From Escherichia coli (GTDB lineage: Bacteria > Pseudomonadota > Gammaproteobacteria > Enterobacterales > Enterobacteriaceae), in assembly GCF_003334815.1 (NCBI RefSeq), contig NZ_QOWO01000014.1: DNA of 64,000 nucleotides; one strand, given 5' to 3'. The translations under genes were made by a program, and so were the position numbers. The notes under the pieces are model-generated. The model saw only the letters and a program-made list of their open reading frames with translations, made no database searches and had not been told where the DNA came from. Of the stretch, positions 36,483-46,666 are shown in pieces. Position 1 is the first letter of the stretch. Every line of letters begins with the position of its first letter.

Positions 36483-39363
36483 TCTTTTCACTCATCAGGG
36501 GCATTGTTTGCTGCAACGCGCTGACGTTCTCCCACACTTTCCAGCCTTCAGGGTGTACATATTCGGCTTTCCCGTTCTGGCTGCCGGAAATCTGCGACAG
36601 AATAGCCATGCCTTGCGGCTCGACCACCGCCTGATGGAAGAAATCAGCAAGTTTTTGCGGCGTCAGCAGTTTTATCTGGGCCACGATTTTATCACGCGAA
36701 TCGAAGCGCATATTGCCGCGATCGAAATCTTTACTTAACTTCGATGCTTCTTCGCCGAGCGTTTGCGGTGCCTGCAGCATCTGGGTAATTACCGCCTGCT
36801 GGATTTGCGCAAACTCATCTGGCTTCATCGCTCGCAATTTTGCCTCTGCGGTTGGGAAAAACGCCTTGTAACGCTCCCACAAGAATGAAGGCTGTTTATC
36901 ATTGCTTTGCAAAAGGAAGCCCATGCCCCACTGACGCCCCACGCTCATTGGAAACGCAAACACGGCATAGCCCAATTGTTCTTCGGTACGCAACTGATTG
37001 TAGAACCACGGCTGTACGATCTGCCCCAACAGAGAGCTATAGGCTGAGCTGGTGTATTCATCGTAGCCAGTCGGTACAAATACCGCTGCCAGTGCGGAGT
37101 CGGTGCTGTTACCGGCTTTTTCAAAGATGACGGATTGTTTTTTATCGACCACTACATCTTTGTTTCGACACCACTCTGAACCATCAGCGCCCAACTGTTT
37201 TTGCACATCGCGTGCCAGCGTTGTTGCCTGGGCCTCGGTCATGTTGCCGATAACCATAAACTCTGGTCGAGCCCCTGATTTTAAGGCGTCGCGATAGGCC
37301 AGCACCTCTTTCAACGTAATGGAGGGCAAAATTTTACGCCGTTCATCTCGCGAGAAGTACGGCACTTGCGAGAGCATCTGCGCGGGCATAATCGCCTGCT
37401 CAAACGCTTTACCCTTTTCTGCGGAATCCATCATCTGGTTATACCAGGACTTCGCCTGCTCAAGCTGATCTTCCGTAGCGGTATAGCTAAAGTACCCCTC
37501 GAGCAATGCCTGGAACAGCTGCGGCAGACGCTGGGTGTAACCATTAGCATTAACCATAAGGCCGTTGTTAGCGTTGGTGGAAAAACTTATGCCACCAACC
37601 GACGCCTGGTTGCTTAACTGATCAAGCGCCAGCCCTGCGAGATAATCATTGAGCGCAAACATCACCTGATTGCGGGCGCTGTCCATGGCTTTCGGATTAC
37701 GCAAAATCAGGCTGACATCAGCTTTGGGCTCGCTGGCAAAATAACGGCTTGGCGCATACACCACGCGCAGATTCGACTCATCAACAATCAGCTCTGGATG
37801 GTCGTATTTCTTCTCTGACTTAATCAGCGAGAAATCATCAGGAATATAAGGGTTAAGCTCTGGCAAAGAGAGCGCAATGTCGGCGGCTTTTTTCTGCCAG
37901 TCGGCGAAAGTTTGTGCGCTGATTTTATCGACCTGATACGGCGCATCGACAAAGTAAGCCGTTTTGTTGTGCGGCTCTTTCGGGCTGATATACCAGATAC
38001 GCGCATTCTGCGGCGTCATCATCGCCAGACGTTCCTTTACTGCTTTAGCATCGTACCGATCGGCAATATTGACTGCATCCAGCGTATGCTCAACAGGAAC
38101 GCGAATCATGGTATCTGCCAGCCATTCGACGTAATCCATATCACGGGTGATCGACGGATAACGGAAGTCGATATCCAGCACATTCGCCAGTTCATCGAAG
38201 TATTGTTTATCAATGCCTTTTTCACGTAACAGATTGAGATAGCTAAAAATTGCCGCCACAACCTGATCGCGATTAGCCAGGCCTTTATCGGTTAAAGACG
38301 CAGAGATCGCTAATACGCCGCTGTTGCCGTTGACGATAGGATCGGAGTTGGCGCTAATGCCCTCAACTAATCCCTGCTTTTGCAGCCAGTCAGAAAGTGT
38401 ACCTGGGCTGCGATTGCCAATCAGATAGGTAATCAATTCATCGGTTTTACTACGGAACTTCGCTGAGTTGTTATCGATGCGAAACTCAACGCGCAACACT
38501 TTACGCGGCAGCGCAGGGACGTAATGAATGATAATGCCCTTTTGCGCGTCGGTGACTACCGGCACGGTGATTTCCGGTTTTTTGCTCTCTTTGTTCGGCA
38601 CGCGACCAAAGGTGTCCGCCGCCATTTTTGCCAACTCCGGCAGCGGTTTATTACTGTAAATAACCGCCTTCATCAAATTGGCGGAATAGTACTTCTCGTG
38701 GAAATCTTTCAGCGCCTGCTGCACCGGATTACCAGGTTTGTCGCTTAAAGTTTCGAGGTTACCACCAGAAAACTTTGAACCGGGGTGTGCCGGGTTAATG
38801 GTTTCTGCGCTGACCTGTGCCATGCGCATCCCGTCACGCGTACGCGCCATGGTTAATTCAGCGTTCACCGCATTACGCTCACGTTCGGCATATTTCTTGT
38901 CGAGCAAAGGTTCAGCAATAGCATCGGCCAGGCGGTCTACCGCACCAGGCAAGGCGTCGTTCTCAACTTCCAGATAGAAAGCCGTGCGATACGGCGCAGT
39001 GCTGGCATTGTGACTACCGCCGTGCATTTTGAGATATTCGGCCAGACTGTCAGCCTGCGGGTACTTTTTCGACCCCATCAGACTCATATGTTCAAGGTAA
39101 TGTGCCAGCCCCTGGTACGCCTCGGGATCTTCCAGCGACCCAACGGGCACCACCAGCGCCGAGAGCGATTTAACTGCCTGCGGATCAGAAACCAGCAAGA
39201 CCACCATACCGTTATCCAGACGTATAGCCTGATACTGGCGGTTATCTTTATCACTTTTACGGATGGTTTCCTGAATCGGCTGCCATCCCGTTTCTGCCTG
39301 ACTTAAGGGTGCCCAAAGGGCAACTAACAACAATAATGCTTTGAACCAGGTGCTGCGGGGCAT
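36475..39363 (-). CDS. ptrA: Protease III / pitrilysin (M16 metalloprotease, periplasmic)
   Basis: 962-aa ORF with signal peptide MPRSTWFKALLLLVALWAPLSQA and inverted zinc motif HYLEH. Confidence 0.93.
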   Translation of the reverse strand: MPRSTWFKALLLLVALWAPLSQAETGWQPIQETIRKSDKDNRQYQAIRLDNGMVVLLVSDPQAVKSLSALVVPVGSLEDPEAYQGLAHYLEHMSLMGSKKYPQADSLAEYLKMHGGSHNASTAPYRTAFYLEVENDALPGAVDRLADAIAEPLLDKKYAERERNAVNAELTMARTRDGMRMAQVSAETINPAHPGSKFSGGNLETLSDKPGNPVQQALKDFHEKYYSANLMKAVIYSNKPLPELAKMAADTFGRVPNKESKKPEITVPVVTDAQKGIIIHYVPALPRKVLRVEFRIDNNSAKFRSKTDELITYLIGNRSPGTLSDWLQKQGLVEGISANSDPIVNGNSGVLAISASLTDKGLANRDQVVAAIFSYLNLLREKGIDKQYFDELANVLDIDFRYPSITRDMDYVEWLADTMIRVPVEHTLDAVNIADRYDAKAVKERLAMMTPQNARIWYISPKEPHNKTAYFVDAPYQVDKISAQTFADWQKKAADIALSLPELNPYIPDDFSLIKSEKKYDHPELIVDESNLRVVYAPSRYFASEPKADVSLILRNPKAMDSARNQVMFALNDYLAGLALDQLSNQASVGGISFSTNANNGLMVNANGYTQRLPQLFQALLEGYFSYTATEDQLEQAKSWYNQMMDSAEKGKAFEQAIMPAQMLSQVPYFSRDERRKILPSITLKEVLAYRDALKSGARPEFMVIGNMTEAQATTLARDVQKQLGADGSEWCRNKDVVVDKKQSVIFEKAGNSTDSALAAVFVPTGYDEYTSSAYSSLLGQIVQPWFYNQLRTEEQLGYAVFAFPMSVGRQWGMGFLLQSNDKQPSFLWERYKAFFPTAEAKLRAMKPDEFAQIQQAVITQMLQAPQTLGEEASKLSKDFDRGNMRFDSRDKIVAQIKLLTPQKLADFFHQAVVEPQGMAILSQISGSQNGKAEYVHPEGWKVWENVSALQQTMPLMSEKNE

Positions 39364-39538
39364 TCACGGACCTCATAATCAACTTAATTTTCTGTCCAGA
39401 TTCAACACGTTAACGCAAATCATCTGCCAGAATTTAATCTTGTGCTGCACGAGTCAGCCTATGTTTATATAACCATCAGTCCGTGACTGGTGCGCATCAT
39501 AAAGTAAGCGGATAGATTGCGCAATTTTTATACAGCAC

Positions 39539-42500
39539 TCATGACTGATTAAAGCGAAACAGCGGTAACAGGAAACGTTGCGACTGTTCAACGATGGCCT
39601 CCATTGTCTCTGGTGTTAATTGCCGCCAGAGCCTTTGATACCAGATATCATCACCTTCGCCACGCACCATCATGTTGCCTTCGTAAGCCTGAAGGAATTT
39701 CGTACGGGCTTTTTGCAACGTGGAATCGTCATCCAGCATGGCATCGTTTTGCGCGTCATAACAGGTTTTTAGCCACGCGCCGCCACTTTCAGGTAACACC
39801 AGCAATGGCGCGGACATTCCTTCACGATACCCCTCAATCAGTTGTGAGAGGTAATGCAAAGCCTGTTCGGCTGCAAGCGGCGGAAAACGCCACTCGCCGT
39901 CTTTGCGTAGAAAAAGGCGACTTTCACCATTACCACCGCTGGCACAGTAGACAAGGTGTTCCAGCCAAAGTTGCATTCCCTGGGCCACACTTAATAAAGA
40001 GGGACGCCAGCGCAACAGGCCATCCGGCTGCACCTGCGGCAACCAGCCAGTTATCTGCACACCGTTGCAGGCGAGATCAATTTCCATACTCTGCCCCGGC
40101 TGGCGACAGGCAATGACTCTGTCGGCAAGCTGCTGCATCTCCTGGCACTGTGTTTCCCAGAAAATTTCACCAAAAGCGCCATACGGTAAATCCCCTGCCG
40201 CTCGGAAGCGGCGGAACAAGCGTTCGGCATCATCCTGCTCAACCAGTGCATTCAATAACTGCTGATTGATTTGATAACGGCTAAGTCCTTCCAGAATAAA
40301 TGGCTCGGTGTCGGGGATTTCGCTGTCTTCAGTACGGAAGTTCACCTGCAAACGCATCTGGAAAAATGCCCGCACCGGATGTGCCCAGAATCGTTGTAGC
40401 GTTTCCAGCGGCACGGTTTCCGGTAAGGTAAACGGCAGCGGCTGAACAAATTCAGAATGTGCTTTACCAGCCTGGCTGGCCGCAGGTAGCCATTCACGAG
40501 CATAGCTTTGTCGTTCGCCTGGCTGGTAGTTTTGTGGATCAAACGGCATCCGGGTATGGAGGCAAGTAAGATGCGCTTTTACCCTTGCCTCGCTTTCATC
40601 ACAGTTGAGCGCTTCATCGCCCGGTAGATAATGACTTTGCCCGATGTAGTCGATCAGTTCCTGCACCAGTACCGACGGGAAACGCTCACTGTTATCCTGA
40701 ATGGAACGACCGATATAGCTGATATAGAGTTTTTGCTGCGCGGAAATTAACGCTTCCAGGAACAGATAGCGGTCGTCATCGCGACGGCTACGGTCGCCAC
40801 GCTTCGGTTTCTGGCTCATCAGGTCAAAGCCCAATGGCGCAAGCTGACGTGGATAAACGCCGTCGTTCATTCCCAGCAGGCAAACCACTTTGAACGGAAT
40901 TGAACGCATTGGCATCAGAGTACAAATGTTAACCGGTCCGGCGAGAAAACGCTGGCTGATACGTTCTTGATCCAGACGCTGTGCCAGTTCATCACGCAAT
41001 AGTGACAGCGGCACCGCGTCGCCATACTGCGCACCTAAACCTTCGGCGATAATCGCCTGCCATTGTTGTTCGATCAGCGTCATCGCCGCTTCGGTTTCCG
41101 CATCCGGCAGGAAGAAGGCGTTGAGCATATCGCGACAAACCGGCAACCACTCTTCCAGCGGACGCTCCTGTGCCAGCCCGCGACGCCAGATGTTTAGCTG
41201 CATTAGCAGTGAAGCCAGATGCCCCACCAGTTCTGCAATTAAGCCGCTCGATTCATCATAAGGTAGAACCGATTGCCACTCGCCCTGCGCGCTCTCCATC
41301 GCGTAGCCCAACAACATACGCGTCAGGCCAAATCGCCAGGTGTGTTGTCCGGTGGCGGGGAGTTCCAGCTCGCGAACGTTGTCGTCATCTATGCCCCAAC
41401 GAATGCCGGATTCGTTGACCCACTGGCGTAAATAACGCAGCCCTTCTTCGGTGATGTCAAACCGCGCCGCCAGCACCGGCACATCCAGCAACGCCAGCAC
41501 ATCCTCTGACACAAAACGACTGTCAGGCAGTGATAACAGGCTGATAAACGCTTCCAGTACCGGATGTGACTGCCGCGCACGACGGTCGGAAATGGCGTAA
41601 GGTAGGTAACGATCCGCAGGTGCGCTACCAAACACAGCCTGAATAAACGGACTGTAGCTGTCGATATCAGCCACCATCACGATGATGTCGCGCGGAGTAA
41701 GTGTCGGGTCTTCCTCCAGCATCGCCAGCAGGCGATCGTGTAAAACTTCAACTTCACGCTGCGGGCTATGGCAAACGTGGAAGGTGATACTGCTATCCAG
41801 TGGATCAAGCGGGCGTTTGTTATCGCTACGGGAAAACTCTTCGATGTTCACACCAGCAACGGCGCGGTTTTCCAGTTCCAGAATGTCAGACTGAATGTTA
41901 TGCAGCAGGTTATCTGGCGTGACATCGACAAAGGCGTCCAGCTCCTGGCTGCTCTCCAGGTCAGAAAGGAGATAAATGTAGTCGCGCCCAAGCTTACCCC
42001 ATGAAGCCAGCAGCGGGTTGCCGACATCCTGTTCACCATCGCTGTTAAAGAGCTGCCCGGCATTTTCGCTATCACGAAATAGCGGCAATTCGCGATCTTC
42101 AAAACTGTGTCGACGCTGACGGGTCAGCAGTTTCGCCAGATAAGCAGGATCTTTAATATCGCCCCAGTAATAACGGCAGGGGTTGGTAAACAGGAGATGG
42201 ATTTCAATATGTTTACCCAGCGCCTGTAGCGCCTGGAGATAAACAGGCGGTAACGCGGAAATACCGCATATAAAGACGCGCGAAGGTAACCCCGGCGGGC
42301 AGGTCGTCGCGGACTCCAGCGTTTCGATAAAGCGCTGATAGAGATTGGCGCGGTGCCAGCGCGGTTGCCCGAGTTGATGGGTATATTCCACCAGCGCCTT
42401 CCACAACGGGGCTTGCCAGGCCTGTGCTTCTCCCAGCCCTTCAACCAAATGTCCTGTTTCCCACTGTGCCAGCCAGTCCGGACGATAGACCAGATACTGG

Positions 42501-42907
42501 TCAAACAGGTCCGCCGCTTTTGAGGAAAGCTGGAACAGTTTTCGCTTGTCGCTATCGTCAGTCAGATAATGCCGCAACAGGGTAAAGTCTTCGCGCTCCA
42601 GCAATTGCGGCAGCAGAGTCATCAGTTTCCAGCTCATGCTCTGTTTGTTAAAGGCGCTCTCTTTGGGGATTTCCGGTAACACCCGGACGAACATATCCCA
42701 GATAAAGCTCGCTGGCAGCGGAAAATCAATGTTTGCCGCAATACCAAACTTTTGCGACAGGGTCATTTGCAGCCACTGTGCCATACCGGTACTTTGCACC
42801 AGAATCATCTCTGGTTCGAAAGGATCGTCCAGCCGTTCGCGTTCGACAATAAACTCCATCAACGCTTCCAGCACGTCCAGACGATTGGAATGGTAGACCC
42901 TTAACAT
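39539..42907 (-). CDS. recC: RecBCD enzyme subunit RecC
   Basis: 1122-aa ORF MLRVYHSNRLDVLEALMEFIVERERLDDPFEPEMILVQSTGMAQWLQ... Confidence 0.93.
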   Translation of the reverse strand: MLRVYHSNRLDVLEALMEFIVERERLDDPFEPEMILVQSTGMAQWLQMTLSQKFGIAANIDFPLPASFIWDMFVRVLPEIPKESAFNKQSMSWKLMTLLPQLLEREDFTLLRHYLTDDSDKRKLFQLSSKAADLFDQYLVYRPDWLAQWETGHLVEGLGEAQAWQAPLWKALVEYTHQLGQPRWHRANLYQRFIETLESATTCPPGLPSRVFICGISALPPVYLQALQALGKHIEIHLLFTNPCRYYWGDIKDPAYLAKLLTRQRRHSFEDRELPLFRDSENAGQLFNSDGEQDVGNPLLASWGKLGRDYIYLLSDLESSQELDAFVDVTPDNLLHNIQSDILELENRAVAGVNIEEFSRSDNKRPLDPLDSSITFHVCHSPQREVEVLHDRLLAMLEEDPTLTPRDIIVMVADIDSYSPFIQAVFGSAPADRYLPYAISDRRARQSHPVLEAFISLLSLPDSRFVSEDVLALLDVPVLAARFDITEEGLRYLRQWVNESGIRWGIDDDNVRELELPATGQHTWRFGLTRMLLGYAMESAQGEWQSVLPYDESSGLIAELVGHLASLLMQLNIWRRGLAQERPLEEWLPVCRDMLNAFFLPDAETEAAMTLIEQQWQAIIAEGLGAQYGDAVPLSLLRDELAQRLDQERISQRFLAGPVNICTLMPMRSIPFKVVCLLGMNDGVYPRQLAPLGFDLMSQKPKRGDRSRRDDDRYLFLEALISAQQKLYISYIGRSIQDNSERFPSVLVQELIDYIGQSHYLPGDEALNCDESEARVKAHLTCLHTRMPFDPQNYQPGERQSYAREWLPAASQAGKAHSEFVQPLPFTLPETVPLETLQRFWAHPVRAFFQMRLQVNFRTEDSEIPDTEPFILEGLSRYQINQQLLNALVEQDDAERLFRRFRAAGDLPYGAFGEIFWETQCQEMQQLADRVIACRQPGQSMEIDLACNGVQITGWLPQVQPDGLLRWRPSLLSVAQGMQLWLEHLVYCASGGNGESRLFLRKDGEWRFPPLAAEQALHYLSQLIEGYREGMSAPLLVLPESGGAWLKTCYDAQNDAMLDDDSTLQKARTKFLQAYEGNMMVRGEGDDIWYQRLWRQLTPETMEAIVEQSQRFLLPLFRFNQS

Positions 42908-42919
42908 AGCGGCTCCTGA

Positions 42920-43243
42920 CTACTGACGATTCGGGCAATGCAGGCGGGTCATCTCGCCTTCTCTGCCCCCGGGTGAAACTAGCGTAACGCTGATGCTGAC
43001 ACATCCCGCCTGCGATGTCTGCATTCGGTTGACCTGCCAGTTGGCAGGTGGCGAAATCGCGCGCAGTTGCGTTTGCTGCCAGCCATGCCGCCAGAGCTGT
43101 TGGTACTGGTTTCTGCTGGCAAGACTGTTCATTAATGTTCGCTGGAAACCCGATAACGCAGTGACAATCATCACCATCAACACCATCGCCAACATTACCT
43201 CCGGCAGGCTAAAGCCTTGTTGATTCTTCAGGGAAGCTGACAT
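42920..43243 (-). CDS. ppdC: Prepilin peptidase-dependent protein C (pseudopilin-like)
   Basis: [26 protein letters not shown], class III prepilin-type N-terminus; ATG 43243 with GAGAGG SD. Confidence 0.83.
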   Translation of the reverse strand: MSASLKNQQGFSLPEVMLAMVLMVMIVTALSGFQRTLMNSLASRNQYQQLWRHGWQQTQLRAISPPANWQVNRMQTSQAGCVSISVTLVSPGGREGEMTRLHCPNRQ

Positions 43244-43635
43244 AACGCCCTCTCTTTCAGCGGACAAAAATCGCTCCAGCCGCGTGGCGAAAAAACAATG
43301 TTTCCATCAATGACTTCGCCTGTTCGCCACAACGAAACGCCTTCATAACCGGCAATCAATAAGGCTTCATTATCTGCCAGTAAACGCAAACAAACCTGGG
43401 CATCGGTTTCAGCGTACTGCGAGCACTGAACTGCTGGCTGCGTCTGCCAGGAGTGCATTTTTCCCCACGCCAGCGCCGACTGAACGATGGCCTGGCGGCG
43501 CAATGACTGACTTTCCATGCTCACGCGAGAGGCAAAACTGCGATCCTGTTGGCTCATTCCTTGTAATAGCAAACTACCCAAAACCAGCAGCATCAGGACC
43601 AGAGCCAGTGACGAAACACCCTTTTCGCGGTTCAC
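43228..43635 (-). CDS. ygdB: DUF2509 protein in the pseudopilin cluster
   Basis: 135-aa [29 protein letters not shown]; overlaps ppdC and ppdB. Confidence 0.82.
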   Translation of the reverse strand: MNREKGVSSLALVLMLLVLGSLLLQGMSQQDRSFASRVSMESQSLRRQAIVQSALAWGKMHSWQTQPAVQCSQYAETDAQVCLRLLADNEALLIAGYEGVSLWRTGEVIDGNIVFSPRGWSDFCPLKERALCQLP

Positions 43636-44195
43636 AGGTTGAATCCTGTCACGCTATAGCTGGCATTCACCACGGTTTGCGGTTCAGACTTACTGGCAGC
43701 ACGCATATTAACCGTCAACACCGGCGAGAAGCCGCTGACATCCTGACGTACGACCTGAAAAGTGTCGATAATGATGGCATCCGGATTAGTGACTTTATCC
43801 CAGCCCTTACCTTCACAGGATGTCGCACCGCGTAGCGTTTCCAGCACATGCTCCTTCAGACGAAATCCAATCTGGTCGGACTCTTTTACCGGTTCGCGAT
43901 CCCAGATACCGTTACTGTTCGCATCCCACTGCACAATGACACAGTCACCCTGTCCGACAATTTCCAGCCCTTCGCCGGTACAGATGCCATGACAATAACC
44001 CGCCCTCTGGAGATGCTTCGCGACGGTAAATACCCGCAGCCAGATTTCATCTTCCAGCGCCAGCTTACGGGTGCTCGTTAAACTTTCACGCTGTAACGCA
44101 GGCAGAAAGCGTGCCGCCCCCAGCAACAATACGCTACTGATCGCCATAGCAATCAACACTTCCAGCAGAGAAAAACCTTGCTCTTTTACAGGCAT
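43632..44195 (-). CDS. ppdB: Prepilin peptidase-dependent protein B (pseudopilin-like)
   Basis: [30 protein letters not shown]; start ATG 44195; the ORF track 267-aa version is an 80-codon upstream extension overlapping ppdA. Confidence 0.83.
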
Positions 44196-44656
44196 CCTTC
44201 TGTTTCTCCTTGCTGACAAAGCCGGAGTCTTCCCCACGGCGAAACCACCAGCCACCACTCGCCCGTTGAGTTTTTGAAGCGAATATGCCCGGCCCATGCG
44301 GTATTGCGCAGGCCAAAGAAAGCAAGCGAAGGTGTCAGGTCGCTCATTTCGACTTCGGGCCAGCGTGGCACAAAGACCAATGGTGAACTGCCATGACAGG
44401 TATTGGCCCCAGCAGCGGAACTCACAAGGCACCATAACGTCCCCTCCCTGATAACGCTGATACTGTGGTCGCGGTTATGCCAGTTGGCATCTTCACGTAA
44501 ATAGAGCAAATAGTCCCGCGCCTGGCTGGCGGTTTGCCATAGCCGTTGCGACTGCTGCCAGTATTGCCAGCCATAGAGTCCACTTGCGCTTAGCATGACC
44601 AAAATCAGCATCGCGACCAGCGTTTCAATCAGCGTATAACCACGTTGTGTTTTCAT
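44186..44656 (-). CDS. ppdA: Prepilin peptidase-dependent protein A (pseudopilin-like)
   Basis: 156-aa [33 protein letters not shown], prepilin-type N-terminus. Confidence 0.87.
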
Positions 44657-44791
44657 GCCGGCAGTATGGAGCGAGGAGAAAAAAAGACGAGGGCCAGTTT
44701 CTATTTCTTCGGCGCATCTTCCGGACTATTTACGCCGTTGCAGGACGTTGCAAAATTTCGGGAAGGCGTCTCGAAGAATTTAACGGAGGGT

Positions 44792-44818
44792 AAAAAAACC
44801 GACGCACACTGGCGTCGG
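44792..44818 (-). terminator. Rho-independent terminator downstream of thyA
   Basis: Minus strand reads agccgacgc-cagtgt-gcgtcgg followed by TTTTTTT (plus-strand A-run 44792..44798). Confidence 0.65.
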
Positions 44819-44839
44819 CTCTGGCAGGATGTTTCGTAA

Positions 44840-45634
44840 TTAGATAGCCACCGGCGCTTTAATGCCCGGATGCGGATCGTAGCCTTCAATCTCAAAGTCT
44901 TCGAAACGGTAGTCGAAGATGGATTCGGGTTTACGTTTGATAATCAACTTCGGCAGCGGACGCGGTTCGCGGCTTAATTGCAGATGAGTTTGATCCATAT
45001 GGTTGCTGTACAGATGCGTGTCGCCACCGGTCCAGACAAAATCACCCACTTCCAGATCGCACTGCTGCGCCATCATATGCACCAATAACGCGTAGCTGGC
45101 AATGTTGAACGGCAGGCCGAGGAAGACGTCACAGGAGCGCTGATAAAGCTGGCAAGAGAGTTTGCCGTCTGCCACATAGAACTGGAAGAATGCATGGCAC
45201 GGTGCCAGCGCCATTTTATCCAGTTCGCCTACGTTCCACGCTGAAACAATAATGCGGCGCGAATCCGGGTCGTTTTTCAGCTGGTTCAGTACCGTAGTGA
45301 TCTGGTCAATATGACGACCATCTGGCGTTGGCCAGGCGCGCCACTGTTTACCATACACTGGCCCGAGGTCGCCGTTTTCATCGGCCCATTCGTCCCAGAT
45401 GGTGACATTGTTTTCGTGTAGATAAGCAATGTTAGTGTCGCCCTGCAGAAACCACAGCAGTTCATGGATGATGGAACGCAGGTGGCAACGTTTAGTTGTC
45501 ACCAGCGGGAATCCATCTTGCAGGTTAAAACGCATCTGATGACCAAAAATGGAAAGCGTTCCGGTTCCGGTACGGTCGTTTTTCTGTGTGCCTTCGTCGA
45601 GCACTTTTTGCATCAGTTCTAAATACTGTTTCAT
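44840..45634 (-). CDS. thyA: Thymidylate synthase
   Basis: 264-aa [39 protein letters not shown]... with active-site region [12 protein letters not shown]. Confidence 0.95.
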
Positions 45635-45640
45635 GGTTCC

Positions 45641-46516
45641 TCAGGAAACGTGTTGCTGTGGGCTGCGACGATATGCCCAGACCATCATGATCACACCCGC
45701 GACAATCATCGGGATGGAAAGAATTTGCCCCATGCTGATGTACTGCACCCAGGCACCGGTAAACTGCGCGTCGGGCTGGCGGAAAAACTCAACAATGATG
45801 CGAAACGCGCCGTAACCAATCAGGAACAAACCTGAGACAGCTCCCATTGGGCGTGGTTTACGAATATACAGGTTGAGGATAATAAACAGCACCACACCTT
45901 CCAGCAGCAGCTCGTAAAGCTGTGATGGGTGGCGCGGCAGCACACCGTAAGTGTCGAAAATGGATTGCCACTGCGGGTTGGTTTGCAGCAGCAAAATATC
46001 TTCTGTACGGGAGCCAGGGAACAGCATGGCAAACGGGAAGTTCGGGTCAACGCGGCCCCACAATTCACCGTTAATAAAGTTGCCCAGACGCCCGGCACCA
46101 AGACCAAACGGAATGAGTGGTGCGATAAAATCAGAGACCTGGAAGAAGGAACGTTTAGTACGGCGGGCGAAGATAATCATCACCACGATAACGCCAATCA
46201 GGCCGCCGTGGAAAGACATGCCGCCGTCCCAGACACGGAACAGATACAGCGGATCGGCCATAAACTGCGGGAAATTGTAGAACAGAACATAACCAATACG
46301 TCCCCCGAGGAAGACGCCGAGGAAGCCCGCATAGAGTAAGTTTTCAACTTCATTTTTGGTCCAGCCGCTGCCCGGACGATTCGCCCGTCGTGTTGCCAGC
46401 CACATTGCAAAAATGAAACCCACCAGATACATCAGGCCGTACCAGTGAAGCGCCACGGGTCCTATTGAGAAAATGACCGGATCAAACTCCGGAAAATGCA
46501 GATAGCTACTGGTCAT
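45641..46516 (-). CDS. lgt: Prolipoprotein diacylglyceryl transferase
   Basis: 291-aa polytopic [37 protein letters not shown]... Confidence 0.93.
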
Positions 46517-46666
46517 CTGTCACCACAAGTTCTTGTTATTTCGCTGAAAGAGAACAGCGATTGAAATGCGCGCCGCAGGTTTCAGGCGCTCCAAAGGTGC
46601 GAATAATAGCACAAGGGGACCTGGCTGGTTGCCGGATACCGTTAAAAGATATGTATATGATCCGCG

